Source: Podarcis vaucheri (Eukaryota). Taken from it: DNA of 64,000 nucleotides. The first letter of the stretch is position 1; each line of letters begins with the position of its first letter. This document shows, piece after piece, positions 22,032 to 35,484 of this stretch. The stretch is from NCBI GenBank assembly GCA_965113315.1, contig OZ220369.1. The stretch is one strand, 5' to 3'. A program made the position numbers and the translations under genes. The notes beneath the pieces are model-generated. The model was not told where the DNA came from, ran no database searches, and worked only from the letters and a program-made list of their open reading frames with translations.

Positions 22032-25000
22032 TATAAGTATGTAAAGTCAGTACTCATGTATCTTAATGGGGGGGGGTTGGGCTGGGGTAGGTTGACAAAA
22101 TAGAAATTTATAAAATAATGGAAAGAATCATGTGAAACTAACATGCAGTAAGATGAGGAGAGACAAAGTGTTATTTATCTGAGTGTTTCATAAGCCACAC
22201 TTTCTCCTGAAATAAGCGCACTCCAAGGAGCATGCAGGGGAAACTAATCCTGAATAACAAAACGAAAAGAAGTACTTCACACAAATGCACAGTCAACCTA
22301 AGGAAGCTGCGTGGGTTCCAGAAAGAGACAAGACTGGAGAAGGGCAGTCCTGGCAACAACTGCTGGAGCAGAGCTGCTTGCCCACGAGCCACACAATTAC
22401 TGATTTGGTGAAACAGCAAGAAAATGTAGAACAAATTTATGCACAGTGAAAGGAAAAATGTGCCAGTTCGCCCTAACTGCATAATTCAGACAAATCACAG
22501 AATCCAAATTTTCTTGGCAGGAATCTTGCATTGCCTGCACAACATTTTATTTTAATCTTAAAATGCAGAGTACACATGATCTAGGACTTAGCTACACTGG
22601 CAAAGAAAAAATATATGCTTTATATGCATTGTTTATGCATTCTAACACTGTGACACCAGATGGCACTGTGGAGTTCTGTTTTTGCTAATCTGATTTCTCA
22701 TACAAAGTTTGCAACATGTTTAACTGAAAAAACTTCTTTGATGTGTCTAGATCCAGCCCTGGAGGTTAGGCATAGCAAGTGTGCATGCGCAGGGCAAGAA
22801 TGGTGGGTGGCTCCAGCAGGGTTGCCATATTTCAAAAAGTAAAAACCAGGACACCCTGAAAACTTTTTTTCTGGTTTACTTGTTGAAGATCCCAGACAAA
22901 CCGCCGCCTTCTGGAAATCCTACCCCCCGGACATCACTTCCACAGCTGTTTGATAAGTTATCAGGAGTGTGACAATGAGTGGGTATGTATGTGGATGAAT
23001 AGCAGCCTCCCTGGCACACCAACGAATATGATTTCCCAGAATTCCTGTCACTCATGGCACAATTACAATAATGGTTCAGGTGCCAGGGAGGGAGAAGATT
23101 TGGGCATAAGAAGGGCCTGGCTGCTGGATCAGAGCAGAGACACATCTAGTCCAGGTTCCTGTCATCACTATGGTCAGTCAGATGATGGTGATAACATTAA
23201 TTTTCCACCCTTCAGCAGCAAATTCCAGGATAGGTTACAATTTGACAAGGCGACTCCTATTTGGGACATGACAACCCATTACTGCAAAGAGTGCTCTGAG
23301 GGAAGGAGCTTGGACTGAATTCCTAACCATGACCTATAATAAATTTGGACGCAGAAGGGAGACAGAATAAATGAAGTGTGTGAGGGTGGTGGGGGAGGTG
23401 TCACTTAAACTACATTTCTCTTGGCCTCTCCAGAAGAAGTAATTGGCACAACATAGAAGCACCAGGTTTAGGCAGAGTCTCCTGGTCAGTTTCCACTCCA
23501 GCTCTAGCACCTCTGGGAACCAGCATATCTCTCTCTCTCTCTCTCTCCATGTGGTATGTAACAGGCACATGCAGACCCACAGAGAGCCCTTCTTCCTCCC
23601 CGCCACCCTCAAGATGCACTTAACAGATTGCTACAGTGAGATGTCACAAATTTATGGCTCAGCTCACGAAAAATAACAAGAGATCCATCAAGGGCACTTT
23701 GCGTGAAATTAACAGGAACGTATAAAAGCCTGACAAAGATGCATTGTCAGCTGCGAGTCAGGAAGGGGAAGAGAGGGGAAAGGAGAAGGGGCTGTTTGAT
23801 TCTTTCCCCCTTATCCTACTTTCCCCATCAAAGGTTTTTTAAAAGCCACCCAGGCAGCTTACACACCATAAATTTAAAGGACATCTCCTCTACCTCCCCC
23901 ACCAAAAAAAATATCCTGGGAAACATGGTTTACCCATCACAGAACTATAATTCTCAGCACCCTTAACAAACTAGTGTGCCCAGGATTCTTTGGGTTTGTG
24001 TGTGTGTGCTTTAAATGTATGGTGTATATGCAGCCCTAGTCTGGAGAAGGGGTCTTTCTCAAATACAAAACGAGAAGCAAAAATCCTCAGTCATGGCACT
24101 TATGCCATGCTGGACCAATCAAGAGAATTTTGGCCCTAGGTGCGCCAGCGCAGGAGGATGAGGCATCAGGCCCTGCAATGACCAGGTCTGGTATATGTAC
24201 GCAGAGCCCAACCTCCTAACCTAGTATGGACAACACAGGTGGTCCTCTTTACCTTCAGGCTTTAGGATAGGGGTACAGTCACATTCCTTCCTAGGCAAGC
24301 TTCTTAGGGATGGTGGGGGCACATACAATTTATGTATTATTTATTTCATAAACACTATATACTACTTGACTGGTGTGTTTTTTTTAAAAGTCAAAGCATA
24401 TAAATGTAAATAAATAATAATAATAAAGCAAAAAAGACGATTGAAAAGCAGTGTAGGCTAGTTTCCGGCACCGTCTCACATCCCTCTCTTTCCTCCATCC
24501 AGGCAAGCAAGAAATATTTTCAGAATTCCAGGCAAAAACCCTCAAGGACAGTGAGACGGAGGGCCAGCAAAGGGTGTGACCTGGAGAAAGTTCCAAGGGC
24601 CAGGTGGAGAGGAGCAGAGGGCCACATGGAGTTTCCTCTAGCTAACTCTGGCAGGTCGCTTCTCCTTGGCTTGTGTGTGTCATGTGACGTTTTCCTTTTT
24701 ATACTGCATGTTTTTTATTTTTATCGGCATTTTAAATTGGGTTTTATTATTCTGTGTTTTTTTATTATTTGATTGTAAATAGCTTTGAATACTTTTAGGA
24801 GAAATGCCACTAACACATTTATATATACGGAGATAAAAGCTGCCCAGGATTTTCCCTGTTCAAGAAAAGGAGCTTGGGGAGATGCAGTCGGGAGGGCAGC
24901 TCAGCTCAAACCAATCTTACAGAATTTTACCCTTTCTGCCCCATTTTGCGGGTTTATTCCACAGAGCACGCAGGGTCTCTGGAGGGGGTCCTGATGCCCC

Positions 25001-25873
25001 TCCCCACATACGATCCCCATGTGATTACCTTGCCGCAAAGTCTTACCCTCAGGGTAAACCGAGCAGGACTCTCAGCTGTAAACTGGACCAGCTGCCTTCT
25101 TTAATGGCTCCATAAACTCTCCAGTGCAGGGAAGAGAAAAGCCAGGCGCTGGCAGGCTTCCTCCGGCTGCTCCCTGCTGCGGAGAGGGTTTGAAGCAGGC
25201 TGGAGGTCCGCATTGCTCTGAACAAGGTGGGGCAGGCAGTTGCAAGATTTAAAGAGGGTGCGTCAGAATGAAAATGAATGGATATTGATTGATACTTATG
25301 AGTAACTTCGTATTAATGTAACATTTTTACGTGTGACTGCATATCTTTGCAACATTTTGTTTTAGCTGTCTGCTGCTGCTGCTTTTGGGTACACCGCTTG
25401 GAAAGACGTATTTTTAATACATTAAGCGGTATAGAAATTAAATAATCAATGGGCTATCCTGGTACCATCTGAGAAGCAAGTCCCCCTGGGTTTAGTGGTG
25501 CTTGCTACGTAAGAATGCTAAAAGAGCCTGTTGGGTCAGACCTGCTCTCCCAGTGGCCAGCCAGCTGTTCATGCGAAGCCTGCAAGGAGGACATGAGCAC
25601 AAGAGCACTCTCCTCTCTTGCAGTTTCCAGCAGCTGGTATTCAGAAGCATTACTGCCTCCGGTCATGAGCATATCCATCATGCCAACCAGCCACCCATAG
25701 TCTTATCATCCACTGATAGCCTTAACTGCCCTGAATTTGTCTTCAAGCCATCCAAGTGGGTGGCCATCACTATGTTGTGTCCTGCCTCTGGAGTGCTGAA
25801 GGCAGTATGCCTCTGATTGCTAGTTGCTGGGAATCACAAAAGGGCAGGGGGCTTTTGCACTGAGCTTCCTATG

Positions 25874-26227
25874 AGGACGCGGGTGGCACTGTGGGTTAAA
25901 CCACAGAGCCTAGGACTTGCCAATCAGACGGTCGGCGGTTCGAATCCCCACGACGGGGTGAGCTCCCGTTGCTCGATCCCTGCTCCTGCCAACCCAGCAG
26001 TTTGAAAGCACGTCAAAGTGCAAGTAGATAAATAGGTACCACTCCGGCAGGAAGGTAAACGGCATTTCAATGCGCTGCTCTGGTTTGCCAGAATTGGCTT
26101 AGTCATGCTGGCCACATGACCCGGAAGCTGTACGCCGGCTCCCTCGGCCAATAAAGCGAGATGAGCACCGCAACCCCAGAGTCGGTCACGACTGGACCTA
26201 ATGGTCAGGGGTCCCTTTACCTTTACC
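25874..26227 (+). mobile_element. Sauria SINE, full length
   Basis: tRNA-derived head with A/B boxes (ggttcgaatcc), (ACCTTT)n tail, probable TSD TCCTATG. Confidence 0.9.
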
Positions 26228-27304
26228 TCCTATGGGTATCTGCTTAGCCACTGTACCTGGTCCAGGAAAGTGAGTCTCCTGACTTCAGCAGTGACTCTGG
26301 GAGAGTGGCAGGAGAAAGCAGTGAATGGTGATGTGCCAGCTCTGACCATGAGGAAGCTTCATCCACAGGTAGGTCTTGGGGCACCCCCTCGGCTTGGCAC
26401 CCTGTGTGGGGGAATCACCTGCACTGCCCTACATCCAGCACTGATCATGCGCCCTGCCCTCAATAACAGCCAGAATGCCCCCCCACCGAGGTTTAATGGC
26501 CTGAAAATGAAGCCAAAAAATTGGGGGCATTATTCTCACCAAAACCCAGAACTGCAAACTCATTTACAAAGTAGCTCAGTTATTTTCAAATACAGCCCCA
26601 AGGCACTCGCTATTGCACAACAAGAAATAAATCACATTCAATGTTCCCCAGAGTCAAAGCTCTTTGGTCAAAGAGGGGATCCAACTTTCACTGCCCAGCC
26701 TTGGTCCTGCCTCTGCTAAGCAAAGGCAATGCTGCCATCTCTCTACACCAAACACTCCTGATACAAAATCTCAGTAGAACTGAGAAGAGGACCTTGTATT
26801 TGCTTTTTAAGTGCTCCGTTGGTGCATTTGGGTCCTCATTTGCTGTTCCCTTTTAGATAGACTGTAATAGAATGACACTGCCCTGGCTTTCTTGGGGGTT
26901 CCAGTAACAATAAATACAGGAAAGGCAACGTGATGCTCATCTGCTGCAGTAATGGGGGCCAGATTGTGTCATCTGTGATCGACAGAAGAAAAAATGGGCA
27001 GCAATGAAGGCGAAAGGAGCCAGGAATAGAGCGGAAAGGGGGTTATCGGGGAGGGTGAAAATTCTATTAGGCAGGAGAGTGAGACTCCCAAGGGAAGCCG
27101 CAAAGGACCGCAGGAGAGGGCTTATTTAAAATCAGACCAGGGAATGCCAGTGTGAGAGAGATTTAAAAAGAGACAGCAGGCTGGGCTTTTACTGCAGCCT
27201 AAGACCTCTTCCCAAAACCACGCAGCTTATCAGGGGTGCAGGACCCTGGAAACCTCCCCTAGCAGAGGGATGGGCACAAAGAAAGAATTATATATGGTTA
27301 CAAT

Positions 27305-27435
27305 CAGGGCTTTTTTCAGCTGGAACTCATTGGAACTCACTGGAACTCTCAGGTGGGTGCCATTGCCTTTATAAGAGAACAAAGGAGGTGTTTGTGGTGA
27401 GTTCCGGCACCTCTTTTTCTAGAAAAATAGCACTG
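27305..27435. mobile_element. hAT-type MITE
   Basis: TIRs CAGGGCTTTTTT / AAAAATAGCACTG and a degenerate 8-bp TSD (gttacaat / gctataat). Confidence 0.6.
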
Positions 27436-29212
27436 GCTATAATAGGCAACAGTGTAGGGACAGCCCCAAGACTAAGCCAAAGTCAGCCCCCAAGATGACC
27501 AACACCCCACCCACCTTACCACACCACCTGATTGGGGGGGGGGGTGAGCCGCCCACACACACACATTGGAACTCCCCATAAAGGTGTGTCTGGCACCTTC
27601 ATTATACAGCTTGGGGGGGGGAGAGATTTATATACTGCCCTTTATCCGCAGATCTCAGGGCAGTTCACAAGATAAAAATACAAGTAAATAGTTAAAACAG
27701 AAACAACAAAACAATAATCCACAAACACTTTTAAAAGGCTGTAGAATATTAATCAGCCAAAGGCCTGGCTGAAGAAGAACATTTTTTGCCTGGCATCTAA
27801 AAATATATTTGTGCATTCCACAAATGGGGAGCTATTGCAGAAAAGGTCCTTTCTCATGTTGCCACCCTCTGGACCTCATGTGGAGGAGGCACATAAAGAA
27901 GGGCCTCAGATAATGAACACAGAATCTGGGTCAGTTTATATGGGGAGAGGCAGTTCTGAGCAAATGCTGGAGACTCACCCCTTTACCCTGGCCCTTGACA
28001 CCTGAGATTTACGGTACATTGTTGGGACAGATTTTCCATTCCGTACACACCAAATGGGCAACAGGTTTTGCAAATGTTGTCTGATTGTATCTTATGTGCA
28101 TTTAACTTAACGCAGTTTCAACCATAGGAGTTTGGCAGGTGGCTGGGCAAAATTTTGCATGTTAAATGCAGGTAAGGCAGAGAGCTTAAAAGCTCTTTCC
28201 ATGCCAGGTTTTCCTGGAGCATAAAGGGCTTTTAAGCTCTCTGCCTTGCTTGAGGGGCATAGGCCCACTCAGCCTGCCAGCTCTGGAAGGCTAGGGCCAC
28301 TAGTGTGGGGGCAGTTCCATAGGAATTGTTGGGGTATACATGTTTTCATGTCTACATGGTACTCTTGGAACCGAACACCCTCGTAAGATGCAGTCGCACT
28401 GTAGCCTCCCCATTCTGCACTGCTTGTCACCTCCCCCTCTTGTCCTACCTGAAAAGTCAAGAGGCTTTTCTTTGCAGGAAAGAGAAGGGAACGTCGAGAG
28501 GGCTTCCGCACATAGCAACACCAGCAAGCTGCACCCGCAGGCTGCAGCACCAGCCCTAATTAACTCCCTTGCCCTTCAGATGTGACAAGAGGCTTTCCAA
28601 GCTCTCCCCTGCTTAGCCATCAGAAGCGGTGCCAGGTTTCCGCCTCCCTTCTCCCCTCTTCTCCTTTTTATTATTATTAGGCACAAGTCAAGTATTGCTG
28701 ATAACAATCTGTCAATTACACAAAGCAGGGCTATTTGCCACTCCTGATGATAGCCTCCCATCTGGTCGCAGTGGGCGAGGGATGCCACAGACGGCCCACA
28801 CAGGGCCTGTGCTCATGTCCAGGCAGGAGGGAGGGGGAGAGGGCTGGATGGAGGCTGCTCCCCCCCCCCCGCAGACAGTCCCGTTATTGGCCCAGCAGAT
28901 GCTTCGTGCCACAGGAAAACAAATGGCCATGAATAAAAAGCAAACAAGCTAATTGGCCTTAATATCACCAATAATCTCCCTGGACAGAAAAAGAGGGAGT
29001 ATGGGGAGAGAGGAGCTGCCACCACAGCTCCTGCTGGAGTTCAGACGGCCCCTGTGGAAATGCTCCCAGAGATCAGGCCCACCAATAGCTTGGGCCTCCT
29101 TGCACCCACCTGGGCTTAAAGAAATTGCACAGGGAATGCAACGCAAGATACCTGATGAACGGAGGTCATCTGAGGCACATCTGCATCCTGAATAAAAGAA
29201 GCTAAAAAAGAT

Positions 29213-29512
29213 AAAGGAAAAAGGACAGTTAAGTCCAGTTGCGAATGACTCTGGGGTTGTGGCGCTCATCTCGCTTTACTGGCCAAGGGAGCTGATGTTT
29301 GTCCGCAGACAGTTTTTCTGGGTCATGTGGCTAGCATGACTAAACCGCTTCTGGTGAAACCAGAGCAGCACACGGAAATGCCATTTACCTTCCTGCTGGA
29401 GTGGTACCTATTTATCTACTTGCACTTTTGGACATGCTTTCAAACTTTTAGGTTGGCAGGAGCTGGGACTGAGCAACCAGAGCTCACCCCGTCACAGGGA
29501 TTCGAACCGCCG
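29213..29512 (-). mobile_element. Sauria SINE, 5'-truncated divergent subfamily
   Basis: Shares gactctggggttgtggcgctcatctcgcttt and ggtacctatttatctacttgcac with the other copies. Confidence 0.8.
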
Positions 29513-30952
29513 CCAAAATCTCACCTGGCCAAGCACATTATTTGCATGCAAAAGGTGACTGGGAGAGACCCCTGCCTGATGTTCTGGAGGGTCGCTGCCA
29601 ATTAATGTAGACAATACTGTGCTGGACCAATGGTCTGATTAAGGGAAAGGGGCGTAGCTCAGTTGTATATCATTTGCTTTGCAGATTCAGTCTCTGGCAT
29701 CTCCAGGGAGGGCCAAGAATGTCCACTGCCTGAAACCCTGGATAGCTGATGCCAGTTTGTATCAGGCAGCTTCCTGTGTTTACCTGATGTGGTCCTGTTG
29801 GCAGGCAGCTGGGGAGGGGAGCATTTTAGCAATTTTCAGAACTTGCCATTGCTCCTCTCAGAATATCCCTCATTAGCTTCTGTGGAAGTGAAGAAATATG
29901 GCTGCAACCTCCCCTATATCATCCCATAGACATGAATGGCAGCCAGAGACACCTACACACAAAATGAATCTCCCCTCCCATGGTGCCTTGCAACACACCG
30001 GTGTCCTCTCCAGACTCACCCCCCTGACAGAATGATGGTCATCTTACTAGCCAATTCCAACTATGGCTGCCTCCGGGCCCTCACTATTCTGTGACAGGGA
30101 TCCAAGAGCACACCACAACTTTAGGTTCATGCAGTTGAAGTGTGTTAAAGCATTCTGTTGCCTTAGCACAAAACAACAACAACAACTGAAGTTCGGCAAG
30201 TGGCGAAGAAAGGCATTGAAAAATGCAGAATGGACGAATCAGTAACCCAAAGAAGGGCAATCACCGTGCAAGTACTGTAAATCAGGATGAATGCTCATTG
30301 TCATAAACAAACCAGAATGAATGCTCAATAAAGGCCGGACATGGTCTAACCACCACGTAAGCTTTGTGCAAGCAAATCAGGATGAATGTTGAACAAACAG
30401 GTCATCTGGAAGGGCGACATGTCTGGAAGGCTTTTAGCAGCGTAATTGGGAGTCCATCATCACCTCCTTTAGGACTTGGTCACTGGTGCGATTTATCAAC
30501 AATTCTCTCTTCCCTTCCCTCCCAAGCTATCAAAACCTGGGCATTATCCTCTCAGCACACAGGCATACCACCACCACCATCCCCGAAGCCAAAGGTCCAC
30601 CAGCCTCTCTGTTTGGGGCCTTTCTTGCTTCCCCTGCTGCTGCTGCTTCTGCTGCACTGATCGCCTTGACACTTATTGGCTCCATAAAATGGGTCCAAAT
30701 TTACTAACTTTCCCTGCACACTCTATAATCCGTGCCCTGCCGCCTTCATCACTGAAAGCATTCATTCCGCTGCATGCAAGCACCATTTTAAAAAATAAAA
30801 TAAAAATTCCACCAGGGGGAAAAAACAATCCCCTACCAGCTACAGAGGAAGAAATTTATTCTTCCTTAAAACAAACCTGCTTCTTTACTGCCACCATAGT
30901 CCTAGGAAACAGGATCCATGGTCTAACACGACAGCAATACAATGATGTCCTC

Positions 30953-30978
30953 CACACACACACACACACACACACACA
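30953..30978. repeat. (CA)n microsatellite
   Basis: About 13 CA units. Confidence 0.9.
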
Positions 30979-31689
30979 CCCTGCACACACACAATTAGCA
31001 ACAGAACATAAGAATAGCCTCCAAAGGCTGATTTAGTCTAGTATCCTGTTCTTGCAATGGAAAACTAGGTGCCCTGATGGGAAGCCCACAAGCAAGACAT
31101 GAGCAAAACAGCCACACCCTCCAACTGGTATTTAGAGGCATACTGCCTCCCACAGTGGGGACAGAGCAGAGCCAATGGGTGGAACAAACCAAGATAATGT
31201 ACCAATGACAGGGCCACACTAACCCCAGCTTCTCCTCCAATCAGATTGCAATGGGGAGTCACGTGACCCCACACTGTTCCAGATGACACAACCCCTTCAG
31301 ACCAAGCAGATGCCACCAAGCAAAGGGATCATGTAATCTTTGCAGCATTTATACTCTAGGCACATTGCAACCTAGCGACAGGAATCTGCACCAAGACCTA
31401 ATGGGGAGTGGGTTGTGTGACTCCTTTTCCTCACTGCTTATGTGACCTTTATTGCTTTGTTTGATTATTTAATATGTATATAGGCCACCTCTCTGCCCCA
31501 AGGCCCCCCAAGGCTGTTAACAGATAAAATTACAACCAGCAATTAAATTACTATGAAAAAAACCCAAAACATCCACAGTGAAAACATACCAGTAAAAAAA
31601 CCAAAGAATTTACAGGTAACTACAAGCCTCAAAAGCAACACCCTCACCGAAAGCCCAGCAAAATGGTGCAGATCTTGACTGGGGTGGAA

Positions 31690-32110
31690 TCTGTTAATCT
31701 CAGTCCTCTCAGTTTCTATTTTTTCCTATTTTAGATCTTGTTTCCCACATTTTGACAGCAATCTGCAGATTTTGTTTTGCTTTTAATCCTCATGAAAATT
31801 CATCAGCATTTTGGTGTGCAAAATCTTCCCTAATAAACACATTTTTGCATGCTGTTTTGACTCATGTACACATTTGTGCATGCAATTTATCCTAGTATAA
31901 TACATTTTGATATGTTATTTTTACTAACAGTTTCATTTTTAGGCACACATTTACCTAAACATCAGTTGGTTGGAGAACTGCACTGCAAAATTCATATATG
32001 TGCAAATTTCAAAGGATAGCTGTGTTTTGGTTCTCACATTCTTCTGGAGAGTGCAGATTTGATAAAACTGGTTTCAAGTGTGAACTGAATCAGATTTCTC
32101 CCCTATCTCT
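31690..32110. repeat. Unclassified AT-rich dispersed repeat; related copies at about 6370-6660, 33520-33820, 35040-35540, 39810-40445, 53160-53490 and 63250-63460
   Basis: Recurrent motifs ggagaactgcactgcaaaattc, aatttgcacttctc and catttttgca. Confidence 0.55.
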
Positions 32111-35100
32111 AGCTGTGATGGCCCAATAGAAATTCTGAAGCATAGGGAGCCTTGACCAAACCTCCAGGGGGACAGCATTCCATTGCTTGGGTACTGCTAC
32201 CCTATGGAAGGCTGGTCCATTAGGGTGAGTGGGGAACTGCCCCACAACCTCAGCCGAGCCCCACCTGCCTGCCTTCTAATTTACAACCAATCCAGAGAGT
32301 GGCAGTGACTGGGTGAGCTTAGTCTTACTGTTTACCTCAAAGAATACATCAGGCAAAGAGGATGAGCACTGAACTAGAATTAGCTGGCTCCACCTGTCAT
32401 TGGCTCTGACTCTGCCCATCATTCAGTCTGGCTTCACCTACTATGGCCTCCTTGCCTTCCACCATACCAGTCCAAATGGGCATCAGCCACCACAGCGCAA
32501 CACCAAAGGCCTTATCCCCTCTTGCCTGTCCTTGATAGAACCTGGCGACTATGTGAAGCCTGAAGTTCCGCTTCTGATTGGCTGAATAGAATCAAATCCA
32601 GAACATCAATGTGTTACTTTGTGGTGTATCTGCCTTCCAAAGAACTGACCACCCATCACAGACCCCAGCACTGTTCCTCTTTCCATGAGCTATTGATTCC
32701 CCTCCACCCCATAAAACCAAGCTGAAGATCATACATATTTCTCTCCTCTCCCTAATCATCCTTGCATAAGGCAATTCCCTCTGGCATACCAGTTGCCATG
32801 GTGACCTGATGGTTTCCTACGATCTTCATTCTAACCTCCTCAGCAGAGTTGTCTCCAAGGCCGGTGTGACACATGCCTGAATTGGAGGGGGGGCTGTGAA
32901 TTGATTCGTTTCCCAAAGAGCCAGCCAGCATGGCACAAGGGGAGGGGGTGCCTCCACAGGCCCATGTTTTAGTGCCACAGAAGGCATATTGGCCCTGCAG
33001 GGGGTTTTGGAAGATTTCTCTCGCATAGTAAGAAAGGAGCTCTGCGTGCCAGCGAGCTGCACCCGGGCAGCGGAGAAATTGCATGACATCTGTGAGCCAC
33101 AGTGACAAATGGGCCAGAAGAGATGCCAGCGAGATAGACACACACAGCCCGCAGAAAAGACAGCTGGGAACCATCAAAGCCCAGAACTGCGAATTAAAGA
33201 TGCGAGAGGTGCCAGCTCCGGCCATGGTGTGAGTCCAGCATGCCCACAGTCCTGACTGACAGCAGCCAAAGCAAAGTGACTGAGTGGAGTTTTCCATCCT
33301 CTGTCAATCATCCCCAGATTCCCAAAAACCACTATTCTGAGCACATTCTCACGCTGTATATTTCACCCACATGCTCAGATGCACTCATGAGTCCTGGAGG
33401 GAACCGTCTAGAGGGCACAATCGGGACCAATTTATGCAACCAACTGAACTGGGGAGATTTGACAGAGGGTGGGGGAGAAGGGTAGTTAAAGCTTTTCCTG
33501 TTATTGTTTCAGGGTGAACTACTTTGGGGAGCTGTCACAATTTTGCCTAATATACAAATCTTTGCAAAGCATTTTTTCCTATTATAATGCAGTTTTGTGT
33601 GTTGTTTTCACTAATACTTGCATTTACATTGCACACTTCACCGTCATATAAGTATTTTTGTGCACAATATTTGGCTGGAGAATTGCACTGCAAAATTCAG
33701 AGTAGTGTGAATTCTGAAGGATGGCTGCTTTTTTTCTGTTCTCGTATCTTTTTGGAAAGTGCCACTTAGGCAAGTTTGTCTTTAAATGAAAACCAAGTCA
33801 AATTTCTCCTCCATCCCTACTGCTATCACATTACCCATAAATAAGTCATGCTTTGGCTTACCATTACTTCTGAACTCATGAATCACAAGCATTAAGCCAA
33901 GGACAAGCCTTGGTTCATGGTTTGTAGGGCTTGAGACAAACCATAAGCCTGAGTTTGGACATAATGCTAAGCCAAACCATGGTTTAGCTCTGGATGGTGC
34001 AGTAGAAGCAGGACCAAAGAAAAAATAAAGCTGCCACAATATTTACTGTGGGCACCTGCATCCTTGCATGTTCACATTTGGCCATGGTTCGGCTTGGAGT
34101 TATGTCCAAACTGGGCTGAAGAGTCAGTAGGTTTTCTGCAAAATGGAACCTTAAGGAATAACCATTTTATTATGGTGAAACAAACTTCCACAAACTGCAG
34201 TCCACTTCATCAGATACATGATGAATCAGGTTTTCTGCAACTCTGTCAGAGCTGAAAAACTGAATGCTTAAAATAACGAAGCTCTGTATTTATATAGCAC
34301 CGTAGAGTGCTGAATGAGCTTCCCATAATTATGTCAGGGATTCTTACTGCAAAGTAATCAGTACAATAGGCAAGTCGACATTATGGTCTCCATATTTCAT
34401 GTTGGGAAAGGCAAGGACATCATGGTGTTTTCAGGCAGTGTTGCACCCAGGAAGGCTGCAGAATGCAGATCAGCTGTGAGATGATTTGTAGAATGAAAAC
34501 ATCCACTTGGAAGCTGCCAGTGAAAGAGGTGAGGCACTCCAAGTCTGGTAGCTGTTTCCCTAGCAAAACATGAGACAATGAGACCTACAGTCTGGGGCTC
34601 CATCCAGGACTCTTTCTCCTGCCTGCCACTTTCCTTGAATCTATTCAATACAAGTCCAGTTTTGCATAATCTCAAATTTCTGTAAGACTGATAGTATGGA
34701 CAGGCAAATCTGACAATTTTAGTTAATACTGCTACTAAAACTAATGTTAATACTAATAATAATTTATTATTTGTACCCCACCCACCCATCTGACTGGGTT
34801 TTCCCAGCCACTCTGGGTGTCTTCCAGAATATATAAAAACATAATAAAACATTAAACATTAACAAGATTTCCTATACAGGGCTGCCTTCAGATGTCTTCT
34901 AAAGGTTATATAGTCACTCATCTCCTTGACATTTGATGGGGGGGGGTGTTCCACAGGGTGAGCTCCACTACTGAGAAGGCCCTCTGCCTGATTTTCTTAC
35001 TTTTCTATATCTGTTTGTGATTATTATTATTTTTTTAAAAAAAGTATTCATCCATATTTTTCCCTAATACATACCTTATTGCAAATAACTTTTCCTAATA

Positions 35101-35258
35101 TTTTTCATGAATATGTGTGGTTTTATGCACACTTTACCCTAGTATATGAATCTGTGCGCACATTATTTGGAAAGAGAACTACACTGCAAAATCAAGAGAT
35201 CTGTGAGTTCTGAAAGATGGCTGAGTTTCAGGCTGTGCATTGTTTAAGAAAGAGAGTG

Positions 35259-35484
35259 CAGTGGTACCTCGGGTTACAGACGCTTCAGGTTACAAACTCC
35301 GCTAACCCAGAAATAGTGCTTCAGGTTAAGAACTTTGCTTCAGGATAAGAACAGAAATCATGCTCCGGCAGCACGGCAACAGCAGGAGGCCCCATTAGCT
35401 AAAGTGGTGCTTCAGGTTAAGAACAGTTTCAGGTTAAGAACGGACCTCCGGAACGAAATAAGTACTTAACCCGAGGTACCACTG
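35259..35484 (+). mobile_element. Tc1/mariner (Tigger-like) MITE
   Basis: TIRs CAGTGGTACCTCGGGTTA / TAACCCGAGGTACCACTG. Confidence 0.88.
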
